In this document: positions 43,894 through 53,672 of the stretch, one piece after another | Numbering within the stretch: position 1 is the first letter of the stretch | How the letters are laid out: every line of letters starts with the position of its first letter | From: an uncultured Dehalococcoidales bacterium | GTDB taxonomy: Bacteria > Chloroflexota > Dehalococcoidia > Dehalococcoidales > E44-bin46 | DNA: 64,000 nucleotides | Reading direction: 5' to 3' | Assembly (NCBI GenBank): GCA_964354655.1 | Contig: CAYHAL010000003.1 | Coordinates: 3,670 to 67,669 of the forward strand | Made by a program: the position numbers and the translations under genes | The notes under the pieces: generated by a model | What the model was told of the DNA's origin: nothing | What the model saw: only the letters and a program-made list of their open reading frames with translations | Databases searched by the model: none

Positions 43894-46800
43894 ATGGCAG
43901 AATGTGTAGAGAGGTCTAAAGATAAGCATGTAGGAGCAGTGATGGTAGTGGGGGGAGGAATTGGTGGAATTCAAGCCTCACTTGACCTAGCTGAGTCTGG
44001 GTACAAGGTCTATTTGGTGGAGAAAACTCCAGCTATAGGTGGGGTTATGGCTCAGCTGGATAAGACCTTCCCCACTTTAGACTGTTCCATGTGTATACTC
44101 TCTCCAAAACTGATTGAATGTGGAAGACACCCTAATATTGAGCTACTTACCTGTTCAGAGCTTCTAGAGGTTGACGGAGAGCCAGGAAATTTCACCGCTA
44201 AGGTTTTACGGCATCCGAGATTTGTCGATATTAGTAAGTGCACTGGGTGTGGAGAGTGTGCTCCAGTTTGCCCCATAGCATGTGCCAGTGAATTTGAAGG
44301 GGGCTTGATAGAAAGAAAAGCGATATTTAGACCATTTGCTCAAGCCTATCCCAATGCTTTCGCTATCGATAAGAGACAGAGGGCCCCGTGTGTGTTGACT
44401 TGCCCTGCGGGGACCAACGTTCAGGGATATGTAGCTTTATGTGCCGAGGGCAAGTATGAAGAGGCACTCTCAGTAATAAAGGAAAAACTCCCTATCCCCA
44501 GGGTACTAGGAAGAATCTGCCCTGCCCCCTGTGAAGAGAAATGCAATCGCCGACTTTTAGAAGAGCCTCTTGCTATTCGAGCGATAAAGAGGTTCGTCGC
44601 TGATACCGCCAAAGGTAAGGCTTCATTGCCTGAAATAAAGGAGAAAGAGGAAAAGGTAGCCATCATTGGCTCAGGGCCAGCAGGACTTAGCTGTGCCTAC
44701 TGGCTGCGACTTGAGGGATATAAGGTTACCATATTTGAGGCGCTCCCTGTAACTGGAGGGATGCTTCATGTTGGCATTCCTGGATACCGTTTGCCCAAGG
44801 ACGTCGTTGAGGAAGAGATAAAAGAGATCGAAGCCTTAGGAGTGGAGATAAAGACCAACACTCCTATCGGCAAGCAGCTAACCCTCGATGACCTGCTACA
44901 GCAGGGATATAAAGCTGTGTTTATCGGTGTAGGAGCCCACCGAAGTCAGCAACTTGGTGTTCCCGGGGAGGATGCCACGGGAGTAATTCATGGTGTCGAT
45001 CTGCTCAGGGATATTAATCTAGGGAAAGAGGTGAAGACCAAAGGAAAGGTGGTGGTAATAGGTGGCGGAGATGTTGCTATAGATTCAGCCCGCTCCGCTC
45101 TCCGCTCACGCGCCGATGAAGTTAGCATTCTTTATCGCAGAACAAGGGTGGAAATGCCTGCCAGAGAGGAGGAGGTGCAGGCAGCCGAAACTGAGGGGAT
45201 AAAAATAGAATTTTTGGTAGCCCCTGTAGAAATTCTAACCAAAAATGGGAAGGTTAGTGGAATAAGGTGTATTCGCATGGAACTTGGTGAGCCAGATGCC
45301 AGCGGAAGAAGGCGCCCCATTCCTATCAGGGACTCCGAGTTCGATTTGAAGGTCGACGTGGTGATTCCAGCAATTGGGCAGGCCCCTGACCTATCGCCAT
45401 TAGAAAGTAGCGGGATAAATATTACCAGACGAGGCACCATTGAAGTTGACGCGGTAACCTTGGAAACATCCCGAAAAGGAATCTTTGCTGGCGGGGATTG
45501 CCAGACTGGCCCCTCCATTGCTGTTGAGGCTGTAGCCGCCGGTGCCCGGGCAGCAGAATCAATTATCAGATACCTGAACCATCAGGATATTAAAGAAGGA
45601 AGGCTACCTCCCCAAAGGGAGCCCTCCGATGTCACTTTTATTCCTTTGGGTCAAGCCAGAGAGCCGAGACAGAAGATGCCTACTATCCCTATAGAAGAAA
45701 GAACTTCTGGGTTTAAAGAGATAGAACTCGGCTTCCCTGAGGAACTGGCAACCAGGGAGGCGAGTCGCTGCCTGGCTTGTGGAATCTGCTCTGAGTGCAT
45801 GCAGTGTGTTGCCGCTTGTAAAGCCAATGCTATCGTTCACTCTATGAAGGAAGAGGTTACAGAATTAAAAGTGGGCTCGGTAATCCTCAGCCCTGGCTTT
45901 GATGAATTTGACCCACGTCCTCTCTTCCACTACGGATACAGGAGGTACCCCAACGTGGTAACCAGCATAGAATTTGAAAGGATGCTCTCAGCTTCAGGAC
46001 CATACCAGGGTAAGCTGGTAAGACCCTCGGATAGGAAACCACCTCAAAGAATCGCCTGGATTCAATGTGTTGGCTCTAGGGATGAAAGTTTGAATCGTGG
46101 ATATTGCTCTTCTGTCTGTTGCACTTACGCTATCAAAGAAGCTATTATCGCCAAAGAGCATACTCCCTTTGAATTGGAAGAAACTATCTTCTACATGGAT
46201 ATAAGAACTCATGGGAAGGATTTTGATAAGTTCTATGAACGGGGAAAGGCAGCAGGGATAGAGTTTATAAGAGCGAAGGTGTATGGAGTTGAGGAGGTAG
46301 ATGGCACAGGGAACTTGCTCCTCAAGTATCTTAGCGAGGATGACAAGCCGAGCACCCGTGAGTTTGATCTAGTTGCCCTGTCGGTAGGACTTGAGCCTTC
46401 CCCAGCAAGTGTTACTCTGGCAAAGAGACTTGGCATCCAAGTTAATAAATATGGATTTTGCCACACCAATGTCTTCTCCCCGTTGGAAACTTCTAGGCCC
46501 GGAATCTACGTCTGTGGGGCCTTTCAAGGCCCAAAGGACATCCCTGAGACAGTGATGCAGGCAAGTGGAGCAGCCGGAAGCGCATCTGCTTTGCTTGCTC
46601 CAGCACGAAATACCCTTATCACCAAAAAGGAATACCCACCGGAGAAAGATGTCACCGAGGAAGAGCCCAGAGTTGGTGTGTTTATCTGCCACTGTGGCAT
46701 CAATATCGGGGGATATGTGGACGTACCTCGAGTTACTGAATATGCGAAGACCCTTCCCAATGTAGTTTATGCCGAAAATAACCTCTACACTTGCTCTCAG

Positions 46801-48351
46801 GACACCCAGGAGAGAATAAAGGCTACCATCAAGGAACACAGTCTAAACCGTGTTATAGTTGCTTCATGCACGCCAAGAACCCATGAGCCCTTGTTCCAAG
46901 AAACTATGAGAGAAGCAGGCTTGAACAAATACCTCTTTGAAATGGCCAACATCCGTGACCAGTGCTCTTGGGTTCATATGCATGAGCCGGAGAAAGCCAC
47001 TGAGAAAGCGAAGGATTTGATTAGCATGGCAGTGGCAAAGGCAAGGCTTAAGGAGCCACTAAAGCCTCTGCTTATCCCAGTTAATCACTCCGCTTTGGTC
47101 ATCGGGGGAGGAGTGGCCGGGATGGTGAGCGGTTTAAACTTAGCGGAGCAGGGTTTCAAAGTCCATCTTATCGAAAGGACTGGCGACCTCGGTGGAATAG
47201 CGAGGAGGATGCACTATACCCTCGGTAGTGATGGCGTTCAAACCTTCCTTGCTGATTTGATTAATAGGGTTAAAGAACACCCTAACATTAAGGTCTACTG
47301 CGATACCGGGATTGTAGACGCCTACGGATATGTAGGGAACTTCACCACCGAGATAATGAGATATCCAGGTATGACCATAGAGAAGATAGACCACGGCGTC
47401 ACTATCATCGCTTGTGGGGCTGAGGAGTATAAACCGGAGGAATACTTCTACGGCAGGTACCCCAGGGTGCTCACTCAGCTCGAGCTTGAGGAGAAGATAG
47501 TCAAGGGAGAACCAGACATCATCAACTGCGACAACTTGGTTATGATCCAGTGTGTAGGCTGCCGAAATGATGAGCGACCCTATTGTGGCCGCGTATGCTG
47601 CAATGAGGCAATCAACAATGCCCTCAAGCTTAAAGAGGCAAAGCCCGATATGAATATCTATGTCTTCTATCGAGATATGAGGACCTATGGATTCTATGAG
47701 GACTACTATCACGAGGCAAGACGAAAAGGGGTTATATTCCTGTGCTACGACCCAGAAAATAAACCTAAAGTGAGCCAAGTGAGAAAGGATTCACGGTATC
47801 TAATAAGGGTTGAGGGTAAAGACCCAGTCATTGGGGAGAAAGTAGCTATTGATGCCGATATCGTTACCCTATCTGTGTCCATGATTCCTACGGAAGAAGC
47901 AAGAGAACTAGCAAAGTTCTACAAAGTGCCCTTAAACGAAGATGGCTTCTTCCTGGAAGCACATGTAAAGCTTCGGCCAGTGGACTTTGCCACAGATGGG
48001 GTCTTCATCTGTGGGCTTGCCCATGCTCCAAAGTCAATCGAGGAGATAATTGCGCAGGCTAGTGCTGCTGCTTCTCGGGCCACCACAGTATTGTCCAAGG
48101 AAACTATCATGGCTGAGGGCATCGTCGCCTCAGTAAACGAGGATATTTGCTCAGGTTGTGGCACCTGCGAAACGGTATGTCCTTACGGTGCTATTGCTGT
48201 GAATAAGCAAAAGGGAGTGGCTGAGGTTAACGAAACTTTGTGTAAGGGCTGTGGCACCTGCTGCGCTGCTTGTCCTTCAGGGGCTGCCCAACAGAGAGGC
48301 TTCACCACAAGGCAAATCTCAGCCATGGTGAGAGCTAGTTTGGGGGTTTGA
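43894..48351 (+). CDS. Giant HdrA-like / NAD(P)H-oxidoreductase (GltD/NfnB-like) / HdrA-like fusion flavoprotein (HdrL-like)
   Basis: 1485 aa. The N-terminus is an HdrA FAD domain (VVGGGIGGIQASLDLAESG, CSMC, CTGCGECAPVCP). Residues ~165-590 are GltD-like (CPAGTNVQGY..., CPAPCEEKC, VAIIGSGPAGLSCAYWL, VVVIGGGDVAIDSA). An HdrA core follows (CLACGICSECMQC, IQCVGSRDESLNRGYCSSVCC). A second complete HdrA unit comes next (GVFICHCGINIGG, RDQCSWVH, VIGGGVAGMVSGLNLAEQG, IQCVGCRNDERPYCGRVCC). The protein ends in 2x[4Fe-4S]. Confidence 0.75.
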   Translation: MAECVERSKDKHVGAVMVVGGGIGGIQASLDLAESGYKVYLVEKTPAIGGVMAQLDKTFPTLDCSMCILSPKLIECGRHPNIELLTCSELLEVDGEPGNFTAKVLRHPRFVDISKCTGCGECAPVCPIACASEFEGGLIERKAIFRPFAQAYPNAFAIDKRQRAPCVLTCPAGTNVQGYVALCAEGKYEEALSVIKEKLPIPRVLGRICPAPCEEKCNRRLLEEPLAIRAIKRFVADTAKGKASLPEIKEKEEKVAIIGSGPAGLSCAYWLRLEGYKVTIFEALPVTGGMLHVGIPGYRLPKDVVEEEIKEIEALGVEIKTNTPIGKQLTLDDLLQQGYKAVFIGVGAHRSQQLGVPGEDATGVIHGVDLLRDINLGKEVKTKGKVVVIGGGDVAIDSARSALRSRADEVSILYRRTRVEMPAREEEVQAAETEGIKIEFLVAPVEILTKNGKVSGIRCIRMELGEPDASGRRRPIPIRDSEFDLKVDVVIPAIGQAPDLSPLESSGINITRRGTIEVDAVTLETSRKGIFAGGDCQTGPSIAVEAVAAGARAAESIIRYLNHQDIKEGRLPPQREPSDVTFIPLGQAREPRQKMPTIPIEERTSGFKEIELGFPEELATREASRCLACGICSECMQCVAACKANAIVHSMKEEVTELKVGSVILSPGFDEFDPRPLFHYGYRRYPNVVTSIEFERMLSASGPYQGKLVRPSDRKPPQRIAWIQCVGSRDESLNRGYCSSVCCTYAIKEAIIAKEHTPFELEETIFYMDIRTHGKDFDKFYERGKAAGIEFIRAKVYGVEEVDGTGNLLLKYLSEDDKPSTREFDLVALSVGLEPSPASVTLAKRLGIQVNKYGFCHTNVFSPLETSRPGIYVCGAFQGPKDIPETVMQASGAAGSASALLAPARNTLITKKEYPPEKDVTEEEPRVGVFICHCGINIGGYVDVPRVTEYAKTLPNVVYAENNLYTCSQDTQERIKATIKEHSLNRVIVASCTPRTHEPLFQETMREAGLNKYLFEMANIRDQCSWVHMHEPEKATEKAKDLISMAVAKARLKEPLKPLLIPVNHSALVIGGGVAGMVSGLNLAEQGFKVHLIERTGDLGGIARRMHYTLGSDGVQTFLADLINRVKEHPNIKVYCDTGIVDAYGYVGNFTTEIMRYPGMTIEKIDHGVTIIACGAEEYKPEEYFYGRYPRVLTQLELEEKIVKGEPDIINCDNLVMIQCVGCRNDERPYCGRVCCNEAINNALKLKEAKPDMNIYVFYRDMRTYGFYEDYYHEARRKGVIFLCYDPENKPKVSQVRKDSRYLIRVEGKDPVIGEKVAIDADIVTLSVSMIPTEEARELAKFYKVPLNEDGFFLEAHVKLRPVDFATDGVFICGLAHAPKSIEEIIAQASAAASRATTVLSKETIMAEGIVASVNEDICSGCGTCETVCPYGAIAVNKQKGVAEVNETLCKGCGTCCAACPSGAAQQRGFTTRQISAMVRASLGV

Positions 48352-48352
48352 A

Positions 48353-48781
48353 ATGGCTGAAAAAAAGAATTTTGAGCCAAAAATAATAGGATTTTGTTGC
48401 AACTGGTGCTCCTATGCTGGTGCTGACCTTGCCGGTGTTTCACGGCTTCAATATCCCCCCAATTTAAGGATGATAAGAGTGATGTGTTCTGGGTCAGTAA
48501 ATCCAGAGCACATCCTTGAATCCTTTCGCCAAGGCGCTGACGGAGTATTTATAGGAGGGTGTCACCCCGGAGATTGTCACTACATATCGGGAAACTATAA
48601 GATGCGGAGGAGGGTTTCGCTCTTAAAGAAGCTTCTGTCACAGTTTGGGCTGGAACCTGAAAGACTGAGACTTGATTGGGTCTCCGCCGCGGAGGGACAG
48701 AGGTTTGCCCAGATAATGACTGATTTTACCGAAGAAATTAAGAAATTAGGGCCGATTACCGCTACCTCCCTACCATGCTGA
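48353..48781 (+). CDS. mvhD: MvhD-like [2Fe-2S] electron-transfer protein (second copy)
   Basis: 142 aa with IIGFCCNWCSYAGADLAG...IRVMCSGSV...GCHPGDCHY. Confidence 0.8.
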   Translation: MAEKKNFEPKIIGFCCNWCSYAGADLAGVSRLQYPPNLRMIRVMCSGSVNPEHILESFRQGADGVFIGGCHPGDCHYISGNYKMRRRVSLLKKLLSQFGLEPERLRLDWVSAAEGQRFAQIMTDFTEEIKKLGPITATSLPC

Positions 48782-48840
48782 TTGGTGCTTTGCACTGTGC
48801 CTAGGCTCACTACATGATTTGTGAGCTACAAAGCCGTCGC

Positions 48841-48913
48841 CTGAACGCTTTGGTAAGTTCCTTAAGCCCTGGCTGAGTGAGAAGGATGTTGGCAACAGGG
48901 GAAGATTCAGATA
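48841..48913 (+). pseudogene. Relic of a tyrosine-integrase 3' end (older integration scar)
   Basis: CTGAACGCTTTGGTAAGTTCCTTAAGCCCTGGCTGAGTGA... aligns with the 3' end of the integrase fragment at 55547-55620 (peptide ERFGKFLKPWL versus ERFDKLLKPWL). Confidence 0.5.
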
Positions 48914-48956
48914 CGCGCCTAGAGGGATTCGAACCCACGACCCTCGATTCCGAAGA
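48914..48956 (-). repeat. Partial tRNA-Arg 3' half (att-like direct repeat of 55631..55673)
   Basis: GCGCCTAGAGGGATTCGAACCCACGACCCTCGATTCCGAAGA matches the acceptor 3' strand, T arm, variable region and anticodon loop of the intact tRNA-Arg, with one mismatch. It diverges inside the anticodon stem. Confidence 0.75.
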
Positions 48957-49382
48957 TGAAAGTGATATGTAATCCCCGGTGTCATTGAGTGCTAGAGAGT
49001 GTCCTCTGGATAGGTATCAAGATGCAATTCGTATCTGACAGTGACACTACATGCCGTTGGGTGCTAAGCAGTTTGTCGGCAAAAACAAGCCTAATCCAAA
49101 CTGGTTAGGGGCTTCTTCAAGTTAGAGGCCTGCACCTTCCGATGTTTTGTTCATTCAAACCACAGTAGGCTTTTAATTTATGTAGAAGGCCGTACTTCCA
49201 GTAAAACACCACTCAGGTACACGCTTATCCGAATAGTCAGGCAGAATGTAATCTCTTGACATGAAATAAAGCCTTGTATGATTTACCCATAAATACGATA
49301 AGGCCAGGTCAGACCAACCTTCCAGCTTTGGTAATGGAGCGGGTAACAAGAACTCAAATTGTGTCCCATTTTCGCTGACGAT

Positions 49383-49490
49383 TCACACTACTTTAGAGCC
49401 AAGAGATGACAGCTTGAGGGTAATAGCTTTGCCAATGCCTCTATAGGCAACGGTTACTAGTGATACCTTGCCCTCTAGCTCAGAAGATGT
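49383..49490 (-). pseudogene. N-terminal fragment of a FabG-like short-chain dehydrogenase
   Basis: My translation is SSELEGKVSLVTVAYRGIGKAITLKLSSLGSKVV*. It resembles the SDR cofactor motif (GKVALVTGASRGIGKAIA), but the Gly/Ser are replaced, no start codon is present, and the frame stops after 35 codons. Confidence 0.4.
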
Positions 49491-49491
49491 C

Positions 49492-50730
49492 TTATTTTTC
49501 ATCCTTAAATCGTTTGAAAACGAGGCAGCAGTTCTGTCCACCAAGCCCGAAGCTATTTTTCAGGCAGACGTTTACCTCGGCTTTACGAGCCACATTGGGT
49601 ACATAGTCTAGATCGCATTCTGGATCAGGGGTCTCATAATGTATGGTTGGTGGGATAATCCCGTTCATTAGGGTTAGTACCGCACCAATAGACTCCGCAG
49701 CACCACTCGCGGTTATCATGTGCCCGTACATAGATTTATGGGCGCTTATCGGGATTTGGTATGCCCTGTCCCCAAAGACCATCTTGATAGCTCTGGTCTC
49801 GGTGACATCGTTCAGCTTAGTGCTGGTGCCGTGGGCGTTGATATAGTCAACCTCTTCTGGCTTCACCCCGGCATTTTCAAGGGCGGTTCTCATCGCTACC
49901 GCCTCTGTTTCCGCCTGGGGAGCGGTGGCATCATAGGCATCAAACGTCCAGGCGGCTCCAGCCACCTCAGCTAGAATGGGGGCTCCTCGTTTCTTGGCGT
50001 GCTCGTAGCTCTCCAGTATCATTGCCCCAGACCCTTCCCCGTAGACAAAACCGTTTCGGTTGAGGTCAAAGGGTCGGCAAGCTTTATCGGGGTCTGGCTC
50101 TGTGGATAGAGCCCCCACCCTGGCCATAGCTGCTATGGTCATGGCATCCATTGAGGCATCGGTGGGAGCAGCTATCATGACATCAGCATAGCCTAGGTGG
50201 ATAAAGTTCAGACAAGTCCCTATGGCATCAGCACCGCTGGCACAGAGGCTATTGACGCTGGTGTTGGGTCCTCTTGCCCCCAGTAACATCCCCACGCGCT
50301 GGGATACGATACTGGGTGCCGACTTAGCAAAGAACAGCGGGTCTATCCTTCTTGGGCCTCGTTTCTGGAGCGTCTCCCACCCTTCTGCGATAGGTGCGCA
50401 TTCTGTCATGTGGCTGGTTACAACTCCTATCCGCTCCGCCTTCTCCTTGCTCATATCTAAGCCAGCTGCTTCCGTCGCTTGCTTAGCTGTTGCTATAGCG
50501 AAGTGGGTGGACCTCTGCGTGCGCTCCACCGTTTTTAGATCCATATATTTTGTCGGGTCAAAGCCATCTACCATAGCGGCTACCTTCACTGTGTAGTTGC
50601 TGGTATCAAAACGGGTGATAAGACTGACGCCTGATTTCCCTGCCTGCAAACTCGCCCAGAACTCCTCTATGTTTAAGCCTATAGGGCAAACAATGCCCAT
50701 GCCGGTAACTACTACTCGCTGTTTATTCAA
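49492..50730 (-). CDS. fabF: Beta-ketoacyl-ACP synthase II-like ketosynthase
   Basis: 412 aa with a TTG start. The active-site context is SLCASGADAIG (Cys), HGTSTKLND (His) and KSMYGHMITASG (His). Confidence 0.85.
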   Translation of the reverse strand: MNKQRVVVTGMGIVCPIGLNIEEFWASLQAGKSGVSLITRFDTSNYTVKVAAMVDGFDPTKYMDLKTVERTQRSTHFAIATAKQATEAAGLDMSKEKAERIGVVTSHMTECAPIAEGWETLQKRGPRRIDPLFFAKSAPSIVSQRVGMLLGARGPNTSVNSLCASGADAIGTCLNFIHLGYADVMIAAPTDASMDAMTIAAMARVGALSTEPDPDKACRPFDLNRNGFVYGEGSGAMILESYEHAKKRGAPILAEVAGAAWTFDAYDATAPQAETEAVAMRTALENAGVKPEEVDYINAHGTSTKLNDVTETRAIKMVFGDRAYQIPISAHKSMYGHMITASGAAESIGAVLTLMNGIIPPTIHYETPDPECDLDYVPNVARKAEVNVCLKNSFGLGGQNCCLVFKRFKDEK

Positions 50731-50742
50731 CGTCCTCCTCCT

Positions 50743-50907
50743 TTATCCTCCCTTATTTGTAAAACTAAAAGGTACTAGGGTAGTACCTCCATCAGTAGTG
50801 ATTATCTGTCTTCTTATCATAAAAGCCTCCTCACTACACAGAAAAGCTACTACATTGGCTATATCTTCAGGGATTACTAATCTACCTGCCGGTGTCGGTT
50901 GCGCTAC
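50743..50907 (-). pseudogene. C-terminal fragment of an SDR (FabG-like) upstream of fabF
   Basis: My translation is ...GRLVIPEDIANVVAFLCSEEAFMIRRQIITTDGGTTLV..*. It matches the SDR C-terminal consensus (PEEIANAVAFLASD.ASYITGQ...VDGG). An in-frame TGA at 50910-50908 cuts it off. Confidence 0.4.
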
Positions 50908-51074
50908 TCAGGCTCTCTCAGCGAGCATAGTTAGTATAGTAGAGGACATAATAACTGTCAATAAAGACTAATTAGAATAGAGAGCACTAGTTAATGCGCC
51001 GGCATCTATTGCTTGACTACCCTAAAGTTTTTAATGTAGGCTAACTTGATACCGGTGTGTCGCTTTGGTAGAGA

Positions 51075-52121
51075 TTGGAGGTTGTTGTTTCATTGCTTGC
51101 TACTAAAAGATCGAAGGAGATTCAGGAGGTTATCTCCGATTTGGAGTCATTAAGGCATGACCCCGAATACAAGGAGGCGGCGGAGATCAATATCCAGTTC
51201 TTTAAGGCTGCCCGTTCCATATTCAGCTTTATCCATTGGCTGACCTTTACCGCCCCTAAACTCAGAAAGAGGCGGGATGAGCTGCTTGAGCTGGGGGATC
51301 TGCCGCTAGAGAAGTGGCAGCAACGTGCCTACCAGGCACTTGCTGGCGTGGAGAGGCACAGCTTCGGCAGGAGGGTATCAGGCGGATTTACTCTGGAGCT
51401 TTCTCGGGCAATCCTAAGAGTCAAAAGGATTAAGGATAGCGGTGAGGCTATGGTTTTGCTTGATGTGGGCTTTGGTGGTGGGGAATTGGGGTATCGGGTT
51501 GTTGAGCGGCTTCACCGTGTCCCCCTGGTCTATATAGGGCTTGATAGCACCCCGGCCAACATAGGGGTGGCTCAGGAGGTTTTCCGACCTCTGTATGAGG
51601 CAGGGGAGATTATCTTCCGTGAGGTCCCGACATTGAACGATGAGGTCATAGATTTCCTTCGCCGGGAAGCCAGCGATACCTCCAAGAAGGTGGTGGCGGT
51701 GTGTCTGGGGGATATCTTTGACCTGGATAAGCATGTCTCGCCAGGGAAGATAGACCTTATCTGCCACTCCAGGGTCCTCCATCATATCAAGGCTGCCCTC
51801 AGGCCTCGCCTTGAAGATATCTGCCGCAGGCTGTCCCCGGTAACCTTGGAGATGGATGACCGTTACTGTTTTGGCTTCATGTTCTGGTCTATAGTGGGCA
51901 CCTGGATAATCTATCCCAGCGTCACTCTGCTCAATGGGGGTATTATAAGCTGGCTTAGGGACCCGGCTGAGGAGGAGTTGACCGGGTATTACAAGCTGGA
52001 GTCGCCCTTCTGCTATGCCCGCTTAATCCTAGGCCAGGATGCCTTTTTCCAAGAGGCGAAGTGGAAGACGGCAGCAAGGACGTTGACCCGGGGTTTCTCA
52101 TTCAGGGAGGGCTTAGGTTAG
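51075..52121 (+). CDS. Class I SAM-dependent methyltransferase-like protein
   Basis: 348 aa with a motif I-like VLLDVGFGGGELG and motif-like VVAVCLGDIFD. TTG start; the true start is uncertain. Ends in TAG. Confidence 0.45.
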   Translation: MEVVVSLLATKRSKEIQEVISDLESLRHDPEYKEAAEINIQFFKAARSIFSFIHWLTFTAPKLRKRRDELLELGDLPLEKWQQRAYQALAGVERHSFGRRVSGGFTLELSRAILRVKRIKDSGEAMVLLDVGFGGGELGYRVVERLHRVPLVYIGLDSTPANIGVAQEVFRPLYEAGEIIFREVPTLNDEVIDFLRREASDTSKKVVAVCLGDIFDLDKHVSPGKIDLICHSRVLHHIKAALRPRLEDICRRLSPVTLEMDDRYCFGFMFWSIVGTWIIYPSVTLLNGGIISWLRDPAEEELTGYYKLESPFCYARLILGQDAFFQEAKWKTAARTLTRGFSFREGLG

Positions 52122-52131
52122 CCCCTTTCGC

Positions 52132-53622
52132 CTATAGATTGGAGTGCGTGAGCTGGCAGCGGTTGATCTTCCCTGAGCCGGTCTTAGGGATACTGACCAA
52201 GAACTGGTATCTCTTGGGCAGTTTAAAGTCAGCCAGGTTCTGACGGCAAAAGTTGGCTATATCTTCGGTGGCAGTTCTCTGCCCCTCTTTGAGCGCGATG
52301 AAGGCGGTAGGTACCGCTGTGCCGTCTGCTTCCTTAACTCCCACATAGGCTGCTTCGGCAACAGCGGGATGCCTTAAGAGCACCTCCTCGACCTCCCAAG
52401 GAGAAATTTTTAGCCCTGAGGTGGTGACTATGATGAACGACTTCTTTTCCATATACTCAAGGTAACCATCTTTATCCATCCTGACCAAGTCCCCGGTATG
52501 AAACCAGCCGTCTCTGATGACCTGAGCGGTGAGTTCGGGGGCCTTGTAGTATTCCTTCATCATCCAGGGCGGTTTGAACAAAGCCTCGCCTATCTCGCCC
52601 ACAGCCACCTCGCCGCCGTTGTCATCCGCTATTTTGAAGTCGCAAATGGGCTTGCCCACTGTCCCCAGCCTCTGGTCCTTGATAGTGCTCATGGAGACTA
52701 CTGAGAGCTCGGAGAGACCATATGTCTCACAAAGGGTTATATTGAACTTGTCCTCCAGTGTCTTCATCAGGCGGACTGAGGTCTTGGCCCCGGCGGTAGA
52801 GGCTACACGAAATGACTTGAGGTCATAGTCCTTAATAATCTCCTCTCGAAGCATGGCTAGAGAGTTGTGGATTGCCGGAACCCCGAAGAGGATGCTTCCC
52901 CTCTCCCTCTCTATAGTTTCCAGAGTAACCCTGGGAGTGAATTGGGGGATTATCACCACCGTGGCTCCTTTCATGATGGAGCCGAACAGAACCTCGCCCA
53001 ATCCAAAAAGGTAGAAGAAAGGAACGGTATCCATAACTACATCGTCTCTACCCCGTCCTATGCCCTCGGAGACTATGTTGGGAGTCCCCAGAAGGGAGGC
53101 GTGGGTATGCACCACTCCCTTCTGCCTCCCCAGCACACCCGAGGTGTAGATGATGGTAGCGTTGTCCTTATCATTTATATCAATATTGGGGCAGAGTGTG
53201 GAGCTGTCCGCCAGCATTGTCTTGTAGGAATCTCCGTTGACCTCCAGAACCTGCTCCAGCAGGGGGATGTCAGGCATGAGGGGGGTGAGCATCTGGGGGA
53301 AGTCCCCTTCCGTTATGAGAAATTTGGCATCGGAATCGCGTAAGAGGGGAGCAAGCTCGGGCGCTTTGAGCTTGGAGCTGAGGAGAACGGCAACGCCACC
53401 AGCCTTGATAACCCCGAAGTAATTTATCACCCACTCAGGGCTGGGGGACATTAAGATGGTGGCATGGTCACCATATTCTAATCCCAGCCCTAGTAGGGCA
53501 TTTGCCACTCGGTTCGAGGCTTGGTCTAGCTCGCTGTAGGTAACCCGCTGGGGTCCGAGAACCAGGACGGTCTTCTCTGGCACCTCGCTGGCAGTTATCT
53601 CCAGAATCTGCCTTAGGTTCAT
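52132..53622 (-). CDS. AMP-dependent acyl-CoA synthetase/ligase (ANL family)
   Basis: 496 aa with IIYTSGVLGRQKGVVHTH (A3), ETYGLSE, WFHTGDL and the C-terminal PKTGSGKI. Confidence 0.8.
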   Translation of the reverse strand: MNLRQILEITASEVPEKTVLVLGPQRVTYSELDQASNRVANALLGLGLEYGDHATILMSPSPEWVINYFGVIKAGGVAVLLSSKLKAPELAPLLRDSDAKFLITEGDFPQMLTPLMPDIPLLEQVLEVNGDSYKTMLADSSTLCPNIDINDKDNATIIYTSGVLGRQKGVVHTHASLLGTPNIVSEGIGRGRDDVVMDTVPFFYLFGLGEVLFGSIMKGATVVIIPQFTPRVTLETIERERGSILFGVPAIHNSLAMLREEIIKDYDLKSFRVASTAGAKTSVRLMKTLEDKFNITLCETYGLSELSVVSMSTIKDQRLGTVGKPICDFKIADDNGGEVAVGEIGEALFKPPWMMKEYYKAPELTAQVIRDGWFHTGDLVRMDKDGYLEYMEKKSFIIVTTSGLKISPWEVEEVLLRHPAVAEAAYVGVKEADGTAVPTAFIALKEGQRTATEDIANFCRQNLADFKLPKRYQFLVSIPKTGSGKINRCQLTHSNL

Positions 53623-53672
53623 ATTACCTCATCGTAAGAAAAGGGGAATGGGGAGATTCCCCCTTTTATCTA

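Noticed and set aside
38553-48351. Possible selenocysteine (in-frame TGA) sites in the HdrA-like proteins, as known for some HdrA/MvhD homologues.
   Set aside because: All HdrA-like and MvhD-like ORFs are continuous, with Cys at the relevant positions. No split ORF pair separated by TGA was seen.
53642-53669. Hairpin GGGGAAT...ATTCCCC followed by CTTTT in the divergent ligase / U32-like intergenic region, resembling a terminator.
   Set aside because: No gene ends upstream of it on either strand. It sits 20 nt upstream of the ligase start codon, so a terminator role is unsupported. It may be a 5'-UTR structure, but the evidence is insufficient.
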